DNA of 64,000 nt from Nitrospirota bacterium. GTDB lineage: Bacteria > Nitrospirota > Nitrospiria > Nitrospirales > NS-4. The translations under genes and the position numbers were made by a program. Where the stretch lies: NCBI GenBank assembly GCA_963788195.1, contig CAWBGA010000017.1:640001-704000 (forward strand). The letters are read 5' to 3'. Under the pieces are notes generated by a model. That model was not told the DNA's origin. It searched no databases and saw only the letters and a list, made by a program, of their open reading frames with translations. Every line of letters starts with the position of its first letter. Position 1 is the stretch's first letter. Positions 1 through 10,802 of this stretch are shown piece after piece.

Positions 1-1189
1 CTCCGCGCAGTAGACAGCTGGCACGCCTCGAACGTGCCGCCCACGGAGTTCGTCGCGCATAACACGCAGCGAAGTTTGGGCGAGAGCAGCGGACTGCCCG
101 GCCGTGTGTGGGCGAGTGCCGCTCCGGCCTGGACTCAAGCCATCGTGGAGGATGCGGACTTTTCCCGTCGGGCGTTCGCGGCCAAAGCGGGCCTGCACGG
201 CGCCTTTGCGTTTCCCGTCCGCAGCGGAAGCCCAGATCTATGGTGTGATCGAATTTTTCAGCCGTGCGATTCGCGAGCCGGACGGTGATGTGATCAATAT
301 GGTCGACGAGATCGGGATCAAAATCGGCCAGTTCCTTGAGCGCGAGCAGACCGAACTAGCTTTGCGCCAAACCGAGGCGAAACTCATTGAGGAGGCCAAG
401 CTGGCTGAGGTGGCAAGGATGGTCGCTGACATCGGCCATGATCTCAAGAATCTCTTAACGCCGATCGTGCTGGGCGCGAGCCATGTGCACGGCGAGCTCG
501 AGGAATGCGAGAGCAAGCTGCCTCAGCTTGATCCGGAGCAAACACGCGCCATACTGGTACAAAGCAAGGAAGTCCTCACGATGATTCAAAAGGGCGCGCG
601 CCGAATTGAGCACCGGGTGCGGGAGATTGGAGACTCAGTCAAGGGATTGAGCACCGCGCCGCAATTCAGCCAATGCCGCGTGGCTGACATCGTCACCGAT
701 GTCTTAGAGACGCTGCGCCTGCTTGCCGATGAACAGGCAGTTGTACTGCGTGTTGAGCAGCTCGACGCGTTGCCGCCGATTATGGCCGACGAGACCCGGC
801 TCTTTAACGCCCTGTACAACCTCGTCAACAATGCGATTCCCGAGGTGCCCCGTGATGGGTCTGTGACAGTGCGCGGCCAATGGGACCCGGACGCGAACTT
901 TGTGGTCCTGTCAGTCGAAGACACCGGACGCGGCATACCCCCCGAAGTCCTGGAGAGTCTGTTTACCTATCGATCGCCCAGCCGAAAACACGGTGGCACG
1001 GGTCTGGGAACAAAGATCGTGAAAGACGTAGTTGAAACTCACGGCGGCATTCTGAGCATGAACAGTAATCCTGGCGCGGGCACCACCTTTTTTCTTACCC
1101 TGCCCATCGATGGCCCGGCTGTTCCCCGTAGCAATCCCACGCACGCCAAGGAGCTGTACCAGATCATGCACGGTCGACGCGACGTGTAA
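1..1189 (+). CDS. GAF-domain sensor histidine kinase; 5' end outside window, frameshift near 230
   Basis: ORF 34..288 carries GAF-like GLPGRVW...FAFPV; ORF 104..1189 carries H-box (IGHDLKN), N-box (NLVNNA), G1 (DTGRGI) and G2 (GTGLG). Confidence 0.85.
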
Positions 1190-1383
1190 GAGGAGATCGT
1201 TCACCCCGCTATAAATGTGTGCCGGGTTACTGATTTCTAGTACCTCCGTACACAGACCTCGCCGCCTCGCTACGCTATCCTGACAAGCAGGGAGTGAGTA
1301 TGCCCCAAAGCCCAGGAGCGGCTTCGGGCTTTGGACGCTCGGCAATCTGTACCTGATTCAGTTTTTTTGAAAGGATAAACCCA

Positions 1384-2832
1384 ATGACACGATGGATCAC
1401 ACTCGCGTTCGCCGTGCTGCTGTTCAGCCCAGACGTGTGGGGGGCCACGGGCCCCATCAATGTTTCTAGCGCCACGAAGCAGGGGAACTATGCCTTTGTC
1501 GTCGCGCATGACTTTGGGACGCCCGCCGATGATAGCAACAACCTCACGCGCTCCACGCTCCGGATCTTTGAGAACGGGACCGAACTCCTGCCAGCGCACG
1601 CCCCGCATGCCGACATTCGCAGCACCGGGAACGGCCGCTTTAGTCATTGGCAGACGAATCTCTATTTTTCGTCCTCCGATCGCACGAACCCCAAGAAGAA
1701 TGGGCGGGCCTATACCTATTCGACGACCACGGTGACGGTGCCACCGCCGCCCCCGCCGCCAACTCCCCTGACCCCGCCCCCGTCTGGGACCAAGAAGTAT
1801 CCTCCGGAGACGACCTATAACGGCTCCAAGTCCGTGTCCTTCGTCACCAGGCCAGGGTATCTGAGTTCGTACATTGATCCGGCGTTTGGGACGAAGGTCA
1901 CGCGCGTGAGCGATGAGTCCCTCAATGTGGATGCGTCGCACCTGATTAATTGTTACCCCAAGACGCAGCCCTGGAATAGCGATATGAGTTTGGTGATGCT
2001 CTGTGGCGCAGCCGTGGTTCTGAACGGGTCAGACTACACCGTCTATAAGAAGCCAGGGTGGCACAACGATGCCCGCTGGTCTACGGTCGATCCGAACAGC
2101 ATGTTCTATACCACCGGCAGTCAGTTTCGGAAATGGAACGTCCGGACAGGCGCCGATGTACTCGTGCGCTCGTTCACCGAGGGGAACATCAAGATCGGCA
2201 ATGGCGAGGGCAACATCTCCGTGGGTGATAAGTACGTCGCCCTCATGGTGGGCACGCTCGTCATCGTGTATGACATTCCCAACAACACCATCGTGGCGAA
2301 AAAGGATGTCGGGAGCGTGGCGAGTGATTGGGCGTCCATGTCCCAATCCGGCGACAAGGTGGTGCTCTCGAATAACGGGGGCGCGGGGGTCTGGTCGTAT
2401 GATCGCATGCTGAATCCCATCAAGAAGCTCTTTGGGATGGCCGGCCACGCCGACATTGGCTACGACATCGCCGGAGTGGAAGTCTATGCGCAGGTGTGCG
2501 TCCCAATGGCGTATGCCCGGCTGTCCGACGGCTCGACCACGAACTTGCTGCCGAGTACGCAGGATTGTGGCCATCTGTCCGCGCGGAGCTATCAACGCAC
2601 AGGGTGGGTTCTGAAATCGGGCGAAGGGGAAGTGTATGCCATCAAGCTCAACGGGTCCGGCATCGTCCAGCGGTGGGCCCATGAGCGGACGCGCAACAAC
2701 ACCTATGAGAACTCCGCAATGGGGGTGGTGAGTCCTGATGGGACGAAGGTCATGTGGAATAGTGACTTCTGTGCGGGGGGCACGGGGGCACCTGGCTGTC
2801 CCGTCTACGCGTACATCGCGGAAATGCCCTGA
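1384..2832 (+). CDS. Secreted protein: signal peptide, small N-terminal domain, poly-Pro linker, predicted beta-propeller
   Basis: Hydrophobic N-terminus; TVPPPPPPPTPLTPPP linker; repeated beta-strand/Trp motifs ending SPDGTKVMWNSD. Confidence 0.75.
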   Translation: MTRWITLAFAVLLFSPDVWGATGPINVSSATKQGNYAFVVAHDFGTPADDSNNLTRSTLRIFENGTELLPAHAPHADIRSTGNGRFSHWQTNLYFSSSDRTNPKKNGRAYTYSTTTVTVPPPPPPPTPLTPPPSGTKKYPPETTYNGSKSVSFVTRPGYLSSYIDPAFGTKVTRVSDESLNVDASHLINCYPKTQPWNSDMSLVMLCGAAVVLNGSDYTVYKKPGWHNDARWSTVDPNSMFYTTGSQFRKWNVRTGADVLVRSFTEGNIKIGNGEGNISVGDKYVALMVGTLVIVYDIPNNTIVAKKDVGSVASDWASMSQSGDKVVLSNNGGAGVWSYDRMLNPIKKLFGMAGHADIGYDIAGVEVYAQVCVPMAYARLSDGSTTNLLPSTQDCGHLSARSYQRTGWVLKSGEGEVYAIKLNGSGIVQRWAHERTRNNTYENSAMGVVSPDGTKVMWNSDFCAGGTGAPGCPVYAYIAEMP

Positions 2833-3101
2833 CGGAGGAGCAATTGATAATGTTTAAGAAGCTCCATCCCGCGGCATCCACCACGCCGGTCGCGGGATGG
2901 GGAATGACCCCAGAGACACCCACTGGCGAACAAAAACATATCCGGAGATCCGCCGACGCAATGCCGGCCACGCTTAATGGAGTGACATTGACGGCAATGC
3001 CCGCATGGCCACTGGTGTTCGGGGCTACCACGGGCACGATGGTGACCGCATAGCTCGCCGTACGATCTTCAACAACACGACTGGGGCCTTCACCCTCACC
3101 G

Positions 3102-4934
3102 TCAAGACTTCTGCCGGGTGGAAAAAGGGGGCTGATCGGCCGGGCTAGTTGGAAAAGGCGGGAAGCCTACGGTGAATCGCGTGCCCCTTCCCCTGTTCGC
3201 GGCGGCCACAGTTCCGCAGTGCGCTTCCACCAGGTGCTTCACGATCGCAAGCCCCAGCCCGGTCCCGCCCAACTCACGCGAGCGCGCCTTATCGACTCGA
3301 TAAAAGCGCTCGAAGATGCGCGACAGGTCCGCCTCGGGAATGCCTATGCCCGTATCATCAATGTGGATCTCGATCATCCCACCATTTTCCACCATTGTAA
3401 TCGTGAGTGTCCCCTGGTCCGGCGTGTACTTGATGGCGTTGTCCAGGAGGTTTGAGAACACCTGTCCCAAGCGTTCGGCATCCCCCAATACCAGAGGCAG
3501 CGTTGTCGGAATGTCCATCACGATCTTGTGCCGTTTACGATCAATCTGATGGCTGAAGAGGCTCAGGGTCCGATTGAGCAGAGGCGCCAACTCCACCCCT
3601 TGTTGTTGGAGCGGAATTTGGCCCGACTCGATTTTCGACAACAGCAGCAGGTCGGTAATGATCACGTTCAACCGGTCCGTGTGTGTTTCAATGATCTCCA
3701 AAAACCGCCGCCGTTGCTCCAGGTCGACCTTGGGATCGTCCCGAAGCGCCTCCACATACCCCTTAATGGCCGTAATCGGCGTGCGTAGTTCGTGCGAGAC
3801 ATTGGCGACAAAATCTTTTCGCACCTGTTCCAGCCGCCGGAGTTCGGTAATATCGTGAAAGACCAGCACGAGGCCAGCCGAGCGGTCCTGATCCGGCGCA
3901 AGGCTCGATGCGTAGACCTCGAAAATACGGCCTGGACCGCGTCCCAAGCCGGATCTCCGTCGTCTGGGCGTCTCCGGAAAGGGCTTGAGAAATGAACTCG
4001 TTTAACCTCGTCTGCCGGATCACCTCCCAGTAGCTCTTTCCGGTCAAGACGGATTCCTGTCGTCCGATCATCCGCTCCATTGCGGGATTGATGAGGCGCA
4101 GTGTGCCGTCAACGGTCAACACCATCACGCCTTCCTGCATCGCGATCAGAGTGGCGGCCATTTTCGCGCGGTCCTCCTTCAGAGAGTCGATTTTTTCCTC
4201 CATCGAGTCCGCCATTTGATTGAGCACCCGCGCGAGATCAGACAACTCATCGTTGGACGCAGGCCGAATCCGCTGTTTAAACTCCCCGCCAACCATGCGG
4301 TTCGCCGCCACGACCATCTGCGCGAGAGGGCGGGTGATGTTCCGTGGCCAGAAGGAAGCTCAGCCCCAGGGAGAGCAGGAATGCCAAGGCCGACGCGAGG
4401 ATCAAGGCGTTTCGCAACCCACGGTGCTGCTCCTCGATCTGGGTAAGAGGCAGAGACAATCGCACGATACCGAGCACGGGCTCAGACGGTGAGGACTGGA
4501 CTGGGAGGGCGACATTGAGCATCCGCATTCTCACCGTCTCACTCAAACGGATGCTGCTGCCCAGGCCCTTCGCGAGAGCGTCGCGCACCTCGGGACGCGA
4601 CAGATGATTGTCCATGCTTTGAAGCGCCGGCTCCGGATTCGTACGAGTCGCCCAGGACCTTTCCATCGGGGGCTATGACCGTGATACGCGCGTCAACCGA
4701 TTCGCCAAATCTATCGGCAAGCGAGTCAATTTGCTGCATGTCAGGCGGGATGCGTTTGAGGGACTCCGTAAATAGTTCTCCGACAAGCCGGGCTTGCGCG
4801 GTCAGGCCGGCGGCGAGATGCTCCCTGTCCCGGGACTCGAAGACACCCAAGGCCAGCCAACCCGCGGCGCCCAGGCTCACGACCGCCACGACCAGATAGC
4901 CGGCAAGGATTTTCCATTGGAGAGGCAGCCGCAT
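3102..4934 (-). CDS. phoR: Phosphate regulon sensor kinase PhoR (TM-periplasmic-HAMP-PAS-HisKA-HATPase), split by about 3 frameshifts
   Basis: Consecutive ORFs 4539..4934, 4277..4666, 3763..4317, 3102..3947; DFVANVSHELRTP, RIFERFYRVDKARSR, GGTGLGLAI; directly follows phoB. Confidence 0.9.
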
Positions 4935-5653
4935 CAGGACTCGTCGCCGGTGTCCCGCAGCTTGTACCCCAGCGATTTAATCGAGAGGATCGCCTTCTCC
5001 AGCAGCGGGAGCTTCTGTTTGAGGCGTCGAATGTGGACGTCCACCGTGCGCGTTGTGCCGTGGTAGTCATAGCCCCACACCGAATTGAGCAACACATCGC
5101 GGGTCTGCACCCGTCCCCGGTTCCTGAGCAACTGCTCCAACAAGCCGAACTCTTTGGCGGTGAGAATCACCTCCTGATTTCCTACCCAGACCTCATGCCG
5201 AACAGGGTCGAGTCTCAGCGCGCCATAGACAGAGGGCACGCCGTCATCGTCCCGTCGCTCCGCGCGGCGCAGCAGGGCCTTTACGCGCGCCACCAGCTCC
5301 TTTGGGCTGAACGGCTTCGTAAGATAGTCATCGGCGCCGAGCTCCAAGCCCACCACGCGGTCCGTTTCCTCCGCTTTCGCGGTTAACATGATGACGGGCA
5401 CGAGGCTCCTGCCTGTATCGGCACGCAGCTTGCGGCACAGTTCGAGACCGTCCATCCCCGGCAACATCAAGTCCAGGACAATCAAGTCCGGGCGCTCTCG
5501 CTGCGCGGCTGACAGGCCTGCCGGCCCGTCGGTGGCGCTCAGAACCCGGTAGCCTTCCTTTTGCAAATAATGAGTGACGAGTTCAAGAATGTCGCGCTCA
5601 TCTTCAACGATGAGGATTTTGCGGGCCGGCGTCATCGGTCCGAAAGCGGCCAA
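4934..5653 (-). CDS. phoB: OmpR-family response regulator PhoB/PhoP
   Basis: Receiver (LDLMLPG, GADDYLTKPF) plus winged helix (RTVDVHIRRL); in pst/phoU/phoR operon. Confidence 0.88.
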   Translation of the reverse strand: MAAFGPMTPARKILIVEDERDILELVTHYLQKEGYRVLSATDGPAGLSAAQRERPDLIVLDLMLPGMDGLELCRKLRADTGRSLVPVIMLTAKAEETDRVVGLELGADDYLTKPFSPKELVARVKALLRRAERRDDDGVPSVYGALRLDPVRHEVWVGNQEVILTAKEFGLLEQLLRNRGRVQTRDVLLNSVWGYDYHGTTRTVDVHIRRLKQKLPLLEKAILSIKSLGYKLRDTGDES

Positions 5654-5683
5654 TGCATCTGGCCCCGTGACGGCACTGATGGC

Positions 5684-6202
5684 TTAGGAGCGGCTTCCAA
5701 GACGACGCAAGACCTTGGGCGGGATCAACCAGATCAGTCTTCCGGCGCCGGCTTGGGGCTGACCGGCGAAATGGACTGCGCACGCCGCGGCCTTTTTGAC
5801 CTCTATGGACGCCGCTGTTTTCCCTGAGATGGTAGCCGAGATAGTGGTGCTGAGATGAGGCTCATGCCCGACGCAGAGGACCACTGAGTCCTTGGGAGAG
5901 TGTGCGAGGCGGGTCAAGAGGCGTTCGGGCGGGGCATCCGGCGACAGGTCCTCGACGACCTCAATCTTCGCGTTGACGCCGAGCGCCTCCTGTACAAGTT
6001 CAGCCGTCTGTTGGGCGCGTACCAGGGGACTGCTCAGCAGGACGTCAGGCCGTACTTTCAAGGCACGGAGGCCCTGAGCCGCAAGTTTGGTGCTTTCGGC
6101 GCCCGCCTTCGTGAGCGGACGGTCGTCATCGTCGCCTTCCCACTCTTCATGATCCACTGCAATGCCATGTCTAAAAAAGATGACGTCCATGTCTTGCTCC
6201 AA
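5684..6202 (-). CDS. sixA: Phosphohistidine phosphatase SixA family
   Basis: RHG motif, SSPLVRAQQTA, VGHEP. Confidence 0.88.
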   Translation of the reverse strand: MEQDMDVIFFRHGIAVDHEEWEGDDDDRPLTKAGAESTKLAAQGLRALKVRPDVLLSSPLVRAQQTAELVQEALGVNAKIEVVEDLSPDAPPERLLTRLAHSPKDSVVLCVGHEPHLSTTISATISGKTAASIEVKKAAACAVHFAGQPQAGAGRLIWLIPPKVLRRLGSRS

Positions 6203-6234
6203 TCAAGGCACCCGATCGCATGATCGCCGAGGCG

Positions 6235-7008
6235 CTACGTCGCGGTCGCCGATTCTGCTGTGTCCGGAGGGTTCCCAGGCTTTTCACCGGCCTTTGGCCG
6301 CTCGATACGCCGGCGGCTGCGATCTTGTAGAATGGGAAGAATTCTCGCGCGCAAGGCGTCCTGGATCTCTTCAGGCGAGCGACGGGCGTCCACGACTTGA
6401 AACGCAAACTCCTCAGCCATGCGGTCGAACTCTTCGATGATCATTCCCTGGTATTTTTTGAAACTGTCATACAGATCGGCGCCCAGGCGCATGTCCATAC
6501 CGGATTCCCAATAATTCATGCCCTTGCTCTCGATCACTCTCAAGGCGAGAGTCTCCACGTCGATGCGCAGATAGTACACGAGATCCGGCACGACGGCGAA
6601 ACCGAACACCTCCCGGATCCACTGCCGATCGCAGCCACGAACGACGTTTCGCGCCAGCGCGGTGTAGATATATCGGTCCGCGAGGACCACAAAACCGGAC
6701 CGCAGGGCCGGAATAATTTGGTGCTCCAGGCGGTCCGCAAAGTCCGTCGCATAGATCAAGCTGTAACTCCAGGCGTCCAGAATGTTGCCTTGCTTGGCGA
6801 TCTCGATCGTTTTGGACATCAGCGCGGACCGCGTCCAGCCGGTGGTCAGCACACCGTAGCCTTGCACTTCCAACCAGTGTTGGAGTGCTTCAATGTGCGT
6901 CGAGCGACCGACGCCGTCAGGTCCTTCGATCGCAATCAGCTTGCCTTTAAGGCCGGTTAGACTCAGGTAAGGCAAACTTTCGCCAAAATAGCGCTTCTCG
7001 TCTGGCAT
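6235..7008 (-). CDS. Thymidylate-kinase-like protein B (P-loop Lys replaced by Arg)
   Basis: LIAIEGPDGVGRST, VLADRY, PDLVYYL motifs of the dTMP kinase fold. Confidence 0.82.
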   Translation of the reverse strand: MPDEKRYFGESLPYLSLTGLKGKLIAIEGPDGVGRSTHIEALQHWLEVQGYGVLTTGWTRSALMSKTIEIAKQGNILDAWSYSLIYATDFADRLEHQIIPALRSGFVVLADRYIYTALARNVVRGCDRQWIREVFGFAVVPDLVYYLRIDVETLALRVIESKGMNYWESGMDMRLGADLYDSFKKYQGMIIEEFDRMAEEFAFQVVDARRSPEEIQDALRARILPILQDRSRRRIERPKAGEKPGNPPDTAESATAT

Positions 7009-7697
7009 GGGTTCCCCGTTTGGGTTTATAGGAAGCTAATACCGCGGACACAATCTCGCGCACTTGCGCCTGTTGCTCGTCGATTTCCTGAGTGGCATCT
7101 ATGACGGTCAGGTTGAATTCCTCGACGAGCTTGTCGTACTCGGCCAGCGCTCGTGACTGGAAGATCTTGAAACTCTCCACGAGATTCGTGCTCAGGTTGA
7201 GGTCCATGCCTGCTTCATAATACTTCAGCTCGGCGCGCGTCCCGCTCAGCAGGCGGGACACAGAGACCTCGATGGGCACGCGAAAATAAAAGGCGAGATC
7301 GGGCCTCACGGCAAAGCTGTACAGATTGCGAAGCCAGGTCGGCGACATGCCGCGCACGGCGTCCCGCGCGAAAGCCGTGTACATGTAGCGGTCGGCAAGC
7401 ACGATCATGCCGGCTTTCAGCGGAGGGAGAATCTGATGGTACAGGCGATTTGCGAAATCGGTGGCATGCAGCAGGCTGAAGGTGAGGGGCGTCAGGACTT
7501 TGGTCTTCTTACCGCGACGCGTCGTTTCCTTGACCAGCTCTGAAGAATTCCATTCCGTATAGAAGATATTATAGTCCTGGGACTCCAACCACTTCCGCAG
7601 CAGAGCTCAGTTGCGTGCTTTTTCCGGACCCGTCAATGCCTTCCACCAGGATGAGCTTGCCGGGATAGGGATGGGGGCCGGCCGGTTTGGCACTCAT
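6947..7697 (-). CDS. Thymidylate-kinase-like protein A; frameshift near 7605
   Basis: Manual translation from ATG 7697 (ATGA overlap with ppx stop) gives MSAKPAGPHPYPGKLILVEGIDGSGKSTQL, then continues in ORF 6947..7588 with VLADRY and RPDLAFYF. Confidence 0.82.
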
Positions 7698-9247
7698 GTT
7701 TGTGGGTCAACCGCCATACGTGTCGTCAGCGCGATCTCCCGACCAAATGCGTCAGCAAGAATATCGCTGCGCTCCCTGCCCGCCCAGACCTCGAGCGCCG
7801 CGTCGTCAGTGGTCGTCAGGATGAGTTCTACAGTCTTTGCGCTAATCTTGCAATCAATAGACCCGACGACCCCGAAGTGGCTCCGGTCGAGCGCGTTCGC
7901 CACGCGTAGAATGCCGGCCAGAACCTGCAGGGTCGTGCGGTATTGGGGAGGGAGATCCTTCGCCGTCCGATGATCTTCTTCAGGGGGGGCCTTGCGGTGA
8001 TACCGCGCCACATTGCCGATCAGCTCAATTTCATCAGCTGTAAATCCCGCGAGATCGCTGTTTTTGATGAGATAATACGAGTGCTTATGGTGTTGCCGGG
8101 GGTTGATGAGGAAACCGATGTCGTGCAGGATGGCGGCGTATTCCAACCATGCGCGTTCGCGCTCCCCAAGCTGATGGAGGACCGTGGTCTGATCAAAGAT
8201 CTGCAAGGCGAGCCTGGCGACATGATGAGTGTGGACGACATCATACTGGCACTTGCGCGCCAAACGAATCACTTCCCGCCGGCACAGGTTCGGGATTTCA
8301 CTTTCGGCCTGTATGCCTTCGCGGTGCCGGTCCATGAAGTCGTGGAGGAGTCCGTCGCGGATGGCTTTGTCGCTCATGGTGAGTTCCCGGATCTTGAGAC
8401 GCCCCATGATCTTGCGCAGCACGATGCAGGCAGGCAGCAGCACATCGGCACGGCTCACGTCCAGGCCGGGGATTTCTCGACGCCGCGCAAGCGGCGTGTC
8501 GGTAAGAAGCTTTTCGGCCGCGACCACACCCTCATAGGGAAAGCGGGCCAGATTGAGCTGCTCCAACGGGCGACCCGTGTTCTGCAGGTGAATGATCTCT
8601 GCCAGATTCCCGATCATGCCGGAGGTGCCGACAAATTCCTCGAATCCCACTTTTTTGAATTGCGGCAGAGCTTTTTGTAACTGCGCGTCTATAGCTTTCT
8701 CAAGTTGCTCCATACCCTCCCGCGAATTCGCGGGTTTCAGATAGAGATCGTTGAGCCGCAATGCGCCAAGCTTCAGGCTGGCCGCGCAAAGCAGCTCCCG
8801 GCGGTTGCCGATGATCAATTCGACGGAGCCACCTCCAAGATCGGCGATCAAAACATTGCGGTCCCCGAAGTCCATGCTTTGCCGGACGCCCAGATAAATC
8901 AATCGCGCCTCCTCCAGGCCGGTGACGACCCGGATGCGCACGTTGGCTTGGCGTTCCACATTTTCGATCAACTCGGCTCCATTCGCGGCCTCTCTGACCG
9001 CACTCGTGGCGACCGCCTCGATGCGCGTGACGCCGCGGTTGCGTGCGAGCGCGGCAAAGCCACGGACCACGTCGGTTCCGTTCGCAATAGCCTCCGCGGA
9101 GAATCGGCCGGTTTTAAACGTGTCTTCCCCGAGCCGGGTCACATGCTTATGGCGATCGATGACCTTGTGGGAAAAATCCGGCTGAATTTCGGCAATAATC
9201 ATGTGGATGGAGTTACTGCCGACGTCTATGAGGGCGAGCTTGAGCAT
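7694..9247 (-). CDS. ppx: Exopolyphosphatase / Ppx-GppA family with C-terminal HD domain
   Basis: IDVGSNS, ATSAVREA, DLGGGSVE, LHDIG motifs. Confidence 0.93.
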   Translation of the reverse strand: MLKLALIDVGSNSIHMIIAEIQPDFSHKVIDRHKHVTRLGEDTFKTGRFSAEAIANGTDVVRGFAALARNRGVTRIEAVATSAVREAANGAELIENVERQANVRIRVVTGLEEARLIYLGVRQSMDFGDRNVLIADLGGGSVELIIGNRRELLCAASLKLGALRLNDLYLKPANSREGMEQLEKAIDAQLQKALPQFKKVGFEEFVGTSGMIGNLAEIIHLQNTGRPLEQLNLARFPYEGVVAAEKLLTDTPLARRREIPGLDVSRADVLLPACIVLRKIMGRLKIRELTMSDKAIRDGLLHDFMDRHREGIQAESEIPNLCRREVIRLARKCQYDVVHTHHVARLALQIFDQTTVLHQLGERERAWLEYAAILHDIGFLINPRQHHKHSYYLIKNSDLAGFTADEIELIGNVARYHRKAPPEEDHRTAKDLPPQYRTTLQVLAGILRVANALDRSHFGVVGSIDCKISAKTVELILTTTDDAALEVWAGRERSDILADAFGREIALTTRMAVDPQT

Positions 9248-9250
9248 ACC

Positions 9251-9907
9251 TCAGGGGAGGGTATGCCTGATGATCTTGCCCTCCACCATATAGACGACCA
9301 GCTCTGCCACATTGGTGGCATGGTCCGCGATCCGCTCCAGGTACTTGGCGATAAAGGTGATGCGGATCGCGCGGGTGATGGTCTGTGGATTCTCGAGCAT
9401 AAACGAAAGCAGCTCTCGAAACAGCTGCCCTGTCAGGTCATCGATAAAATCGTCGGCCGCGCAGACTTCCCGGGCCAGGCCCGAATCCGACGCGACGAAC
9501 GCGTCCAGCGCGTCCCTTACCATTTCGAGCGCCGCGTTCGCCATCCGGGGAATGTCGATGTACGGCTTGAGCTGCGGTTCCTCGTTCAACTCGATGGCAC
9601 GCTCGCAGATGTTCTCGGCGAGGTCGCTCATGCGTTCGAGCTCGGTGGATATTTTCATGGCCGTGGTAATGAAACGCAGGTCTCTGGCGGTCGGCTGTTG
9701 CAGCGCGAGGAGGTTCAGGCAGTCCTCATCCACCTCGACATCGAGAGTATTCACACGATGATCGTTCTCAATGACCTCTCGCGCCAGGACGGAATCCCGC
9801 TCCACCAGCGCGCGCAGCGCTCCCTGGATCTGGTCTTCGACCAGACCGCCCATCTGCAGGAGCTTCGCCTTGAGATCCTTTAGCTCTTGGTCAAAGTGGC
9901 GTTGCAT
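9251..9907 (-). CDS. phoU: Phosphate signalling protein PhoU
   Basis: QQPTARDLR, LERIADHATNVAE. Confidence 0.96.
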   Translation of the reverse strand: MQRHFDQELKDLKAKLLQMGGLVEDQIQGALRALVERDSVLAREVIENDHRVNTLDVEVDEDCLNLLALQQPTARDLRFITTAMKISTELERMSDLAENICERAIELNEEPQLKPYIDIPRMANAALEMVRDALDAFVASDSGLAREVCAADDFIDDLTGQLFRELLSFMLENPQTITRAIRITFIAKYLERIADHATNVAELVVYMVEGKIIRHTLP

Positions 9908-9910
9908 AGG

Positions 9911-10786
9911 TTACCCGAATCGTCCGGTGATGTAATCTTCCGTGCGGCGCTCGCGCGGATTCGTGAAGATCTGCTTCGTGCCTCCCAACTCGATCAGCTC
10001 ACCCATCAGGAAGAAGCCGGTAAAGTCGGAGACTCGCGCCGCCTGCTGCATGTTGTGGGTCACAATGACTACCGTCAGGTCTTTTTTCAGCGAGAACAGC
10101 AATTCCTCGATTTTGGCCGTGGCGATCGGGTCCAGCGCAGAGCATGGCTCGTCCATCAACAACACCTCGGGCTGGACCGCCAGCGAGCGGGCGATGCAGA
10201 GCCGCTGCTGCTGCCCTCCGGACAGGCCGAGCGCGCTGTGTTGCAGGCGGTCCTTGACCTCGTCCCACAAGCCGGCGCCGGTGAGACTCTGCTCGACAAG
10301 GTCCTCCAGAACGGCTCGATTGGTCGTCCCCTGCAGTCGAGGGCCATAGGCGACATTGTCGAAGATGGGTTTCGGAAACGGGTTGGACTTCTGAAACACC
10401 ATGCCGACACGCTTCCGGAGGTCCGTGACATCGACCTTCGGACCATAGATATCCTCCCCGTCCAGCAGCACCTTGCCTTCCAATCGCGCACCCTCAATCA
10501 GGTCGTTCAAGCGATTGAGACAGCGCAACAGGGTGGATTTCCCGCACCCTGACGGCCCGATGAACGCGGTGACCTGGTTCGGAGCGACATCAATCGAGAC
10601 CTTCGACAGGGCCTGGCTTGGCCCGTAGAAGAAGTTGACATCACGGAGCGTCATTTTCGGTGGCAGGGACGGCGCGGAACTCGTTCCCGGACCCTCCGCG
10701 GGTGTGACGACGGGTCGCCGCATTAAATCCTCATGTTGGCGGGGCGGGCCTGTTCGGTCGACCACTTGTTCGGAAAAGAGTTGCAT
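9911..10786 (-). CDS. pstB: Phosphate ABC transporter ATPase PstB
   Basis: [32 protein letters not shown]-terminal YITGRFG; start placed at MQLFS after AAGGAGG. Confidence 0.95.
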   Translation of the reverse strand: MQLFSEQVVDRTGPPRQHEDLMRRPVVTPAEGPGTSSAPSLPPKMTLRDVNFFYGPSQALSKVSIDVAPNQVTAFIGPSGCGKSTLLRCLNRLNDLIEGARLEGKVLLDGEDIYGPKVDVTDLRKRVGMVFQKSNPFPKPIFDNVAYGPRLQGTTNRAVLEDLVEQSLTGAGLWDEVKDRLQHSALGLSGGQQQRLCIARSLAVQPEVLLMDEPCSALDPIATAKIEELLFSLKKDLTVVIVTHNMQQAARVSDFTGFFLMGELIELGGTKQIFTNPRERRTEDYITGRFG

Positions 10787-10802
10787 AGAACCTCCTTGCG
10801 CG

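Noticed and set aside
2844..3053. 69-aa + strand ORF after GGAGGAG
   Set aside because: No recognisable features, and the opposite strand is also open; cannot be supported as a gene.
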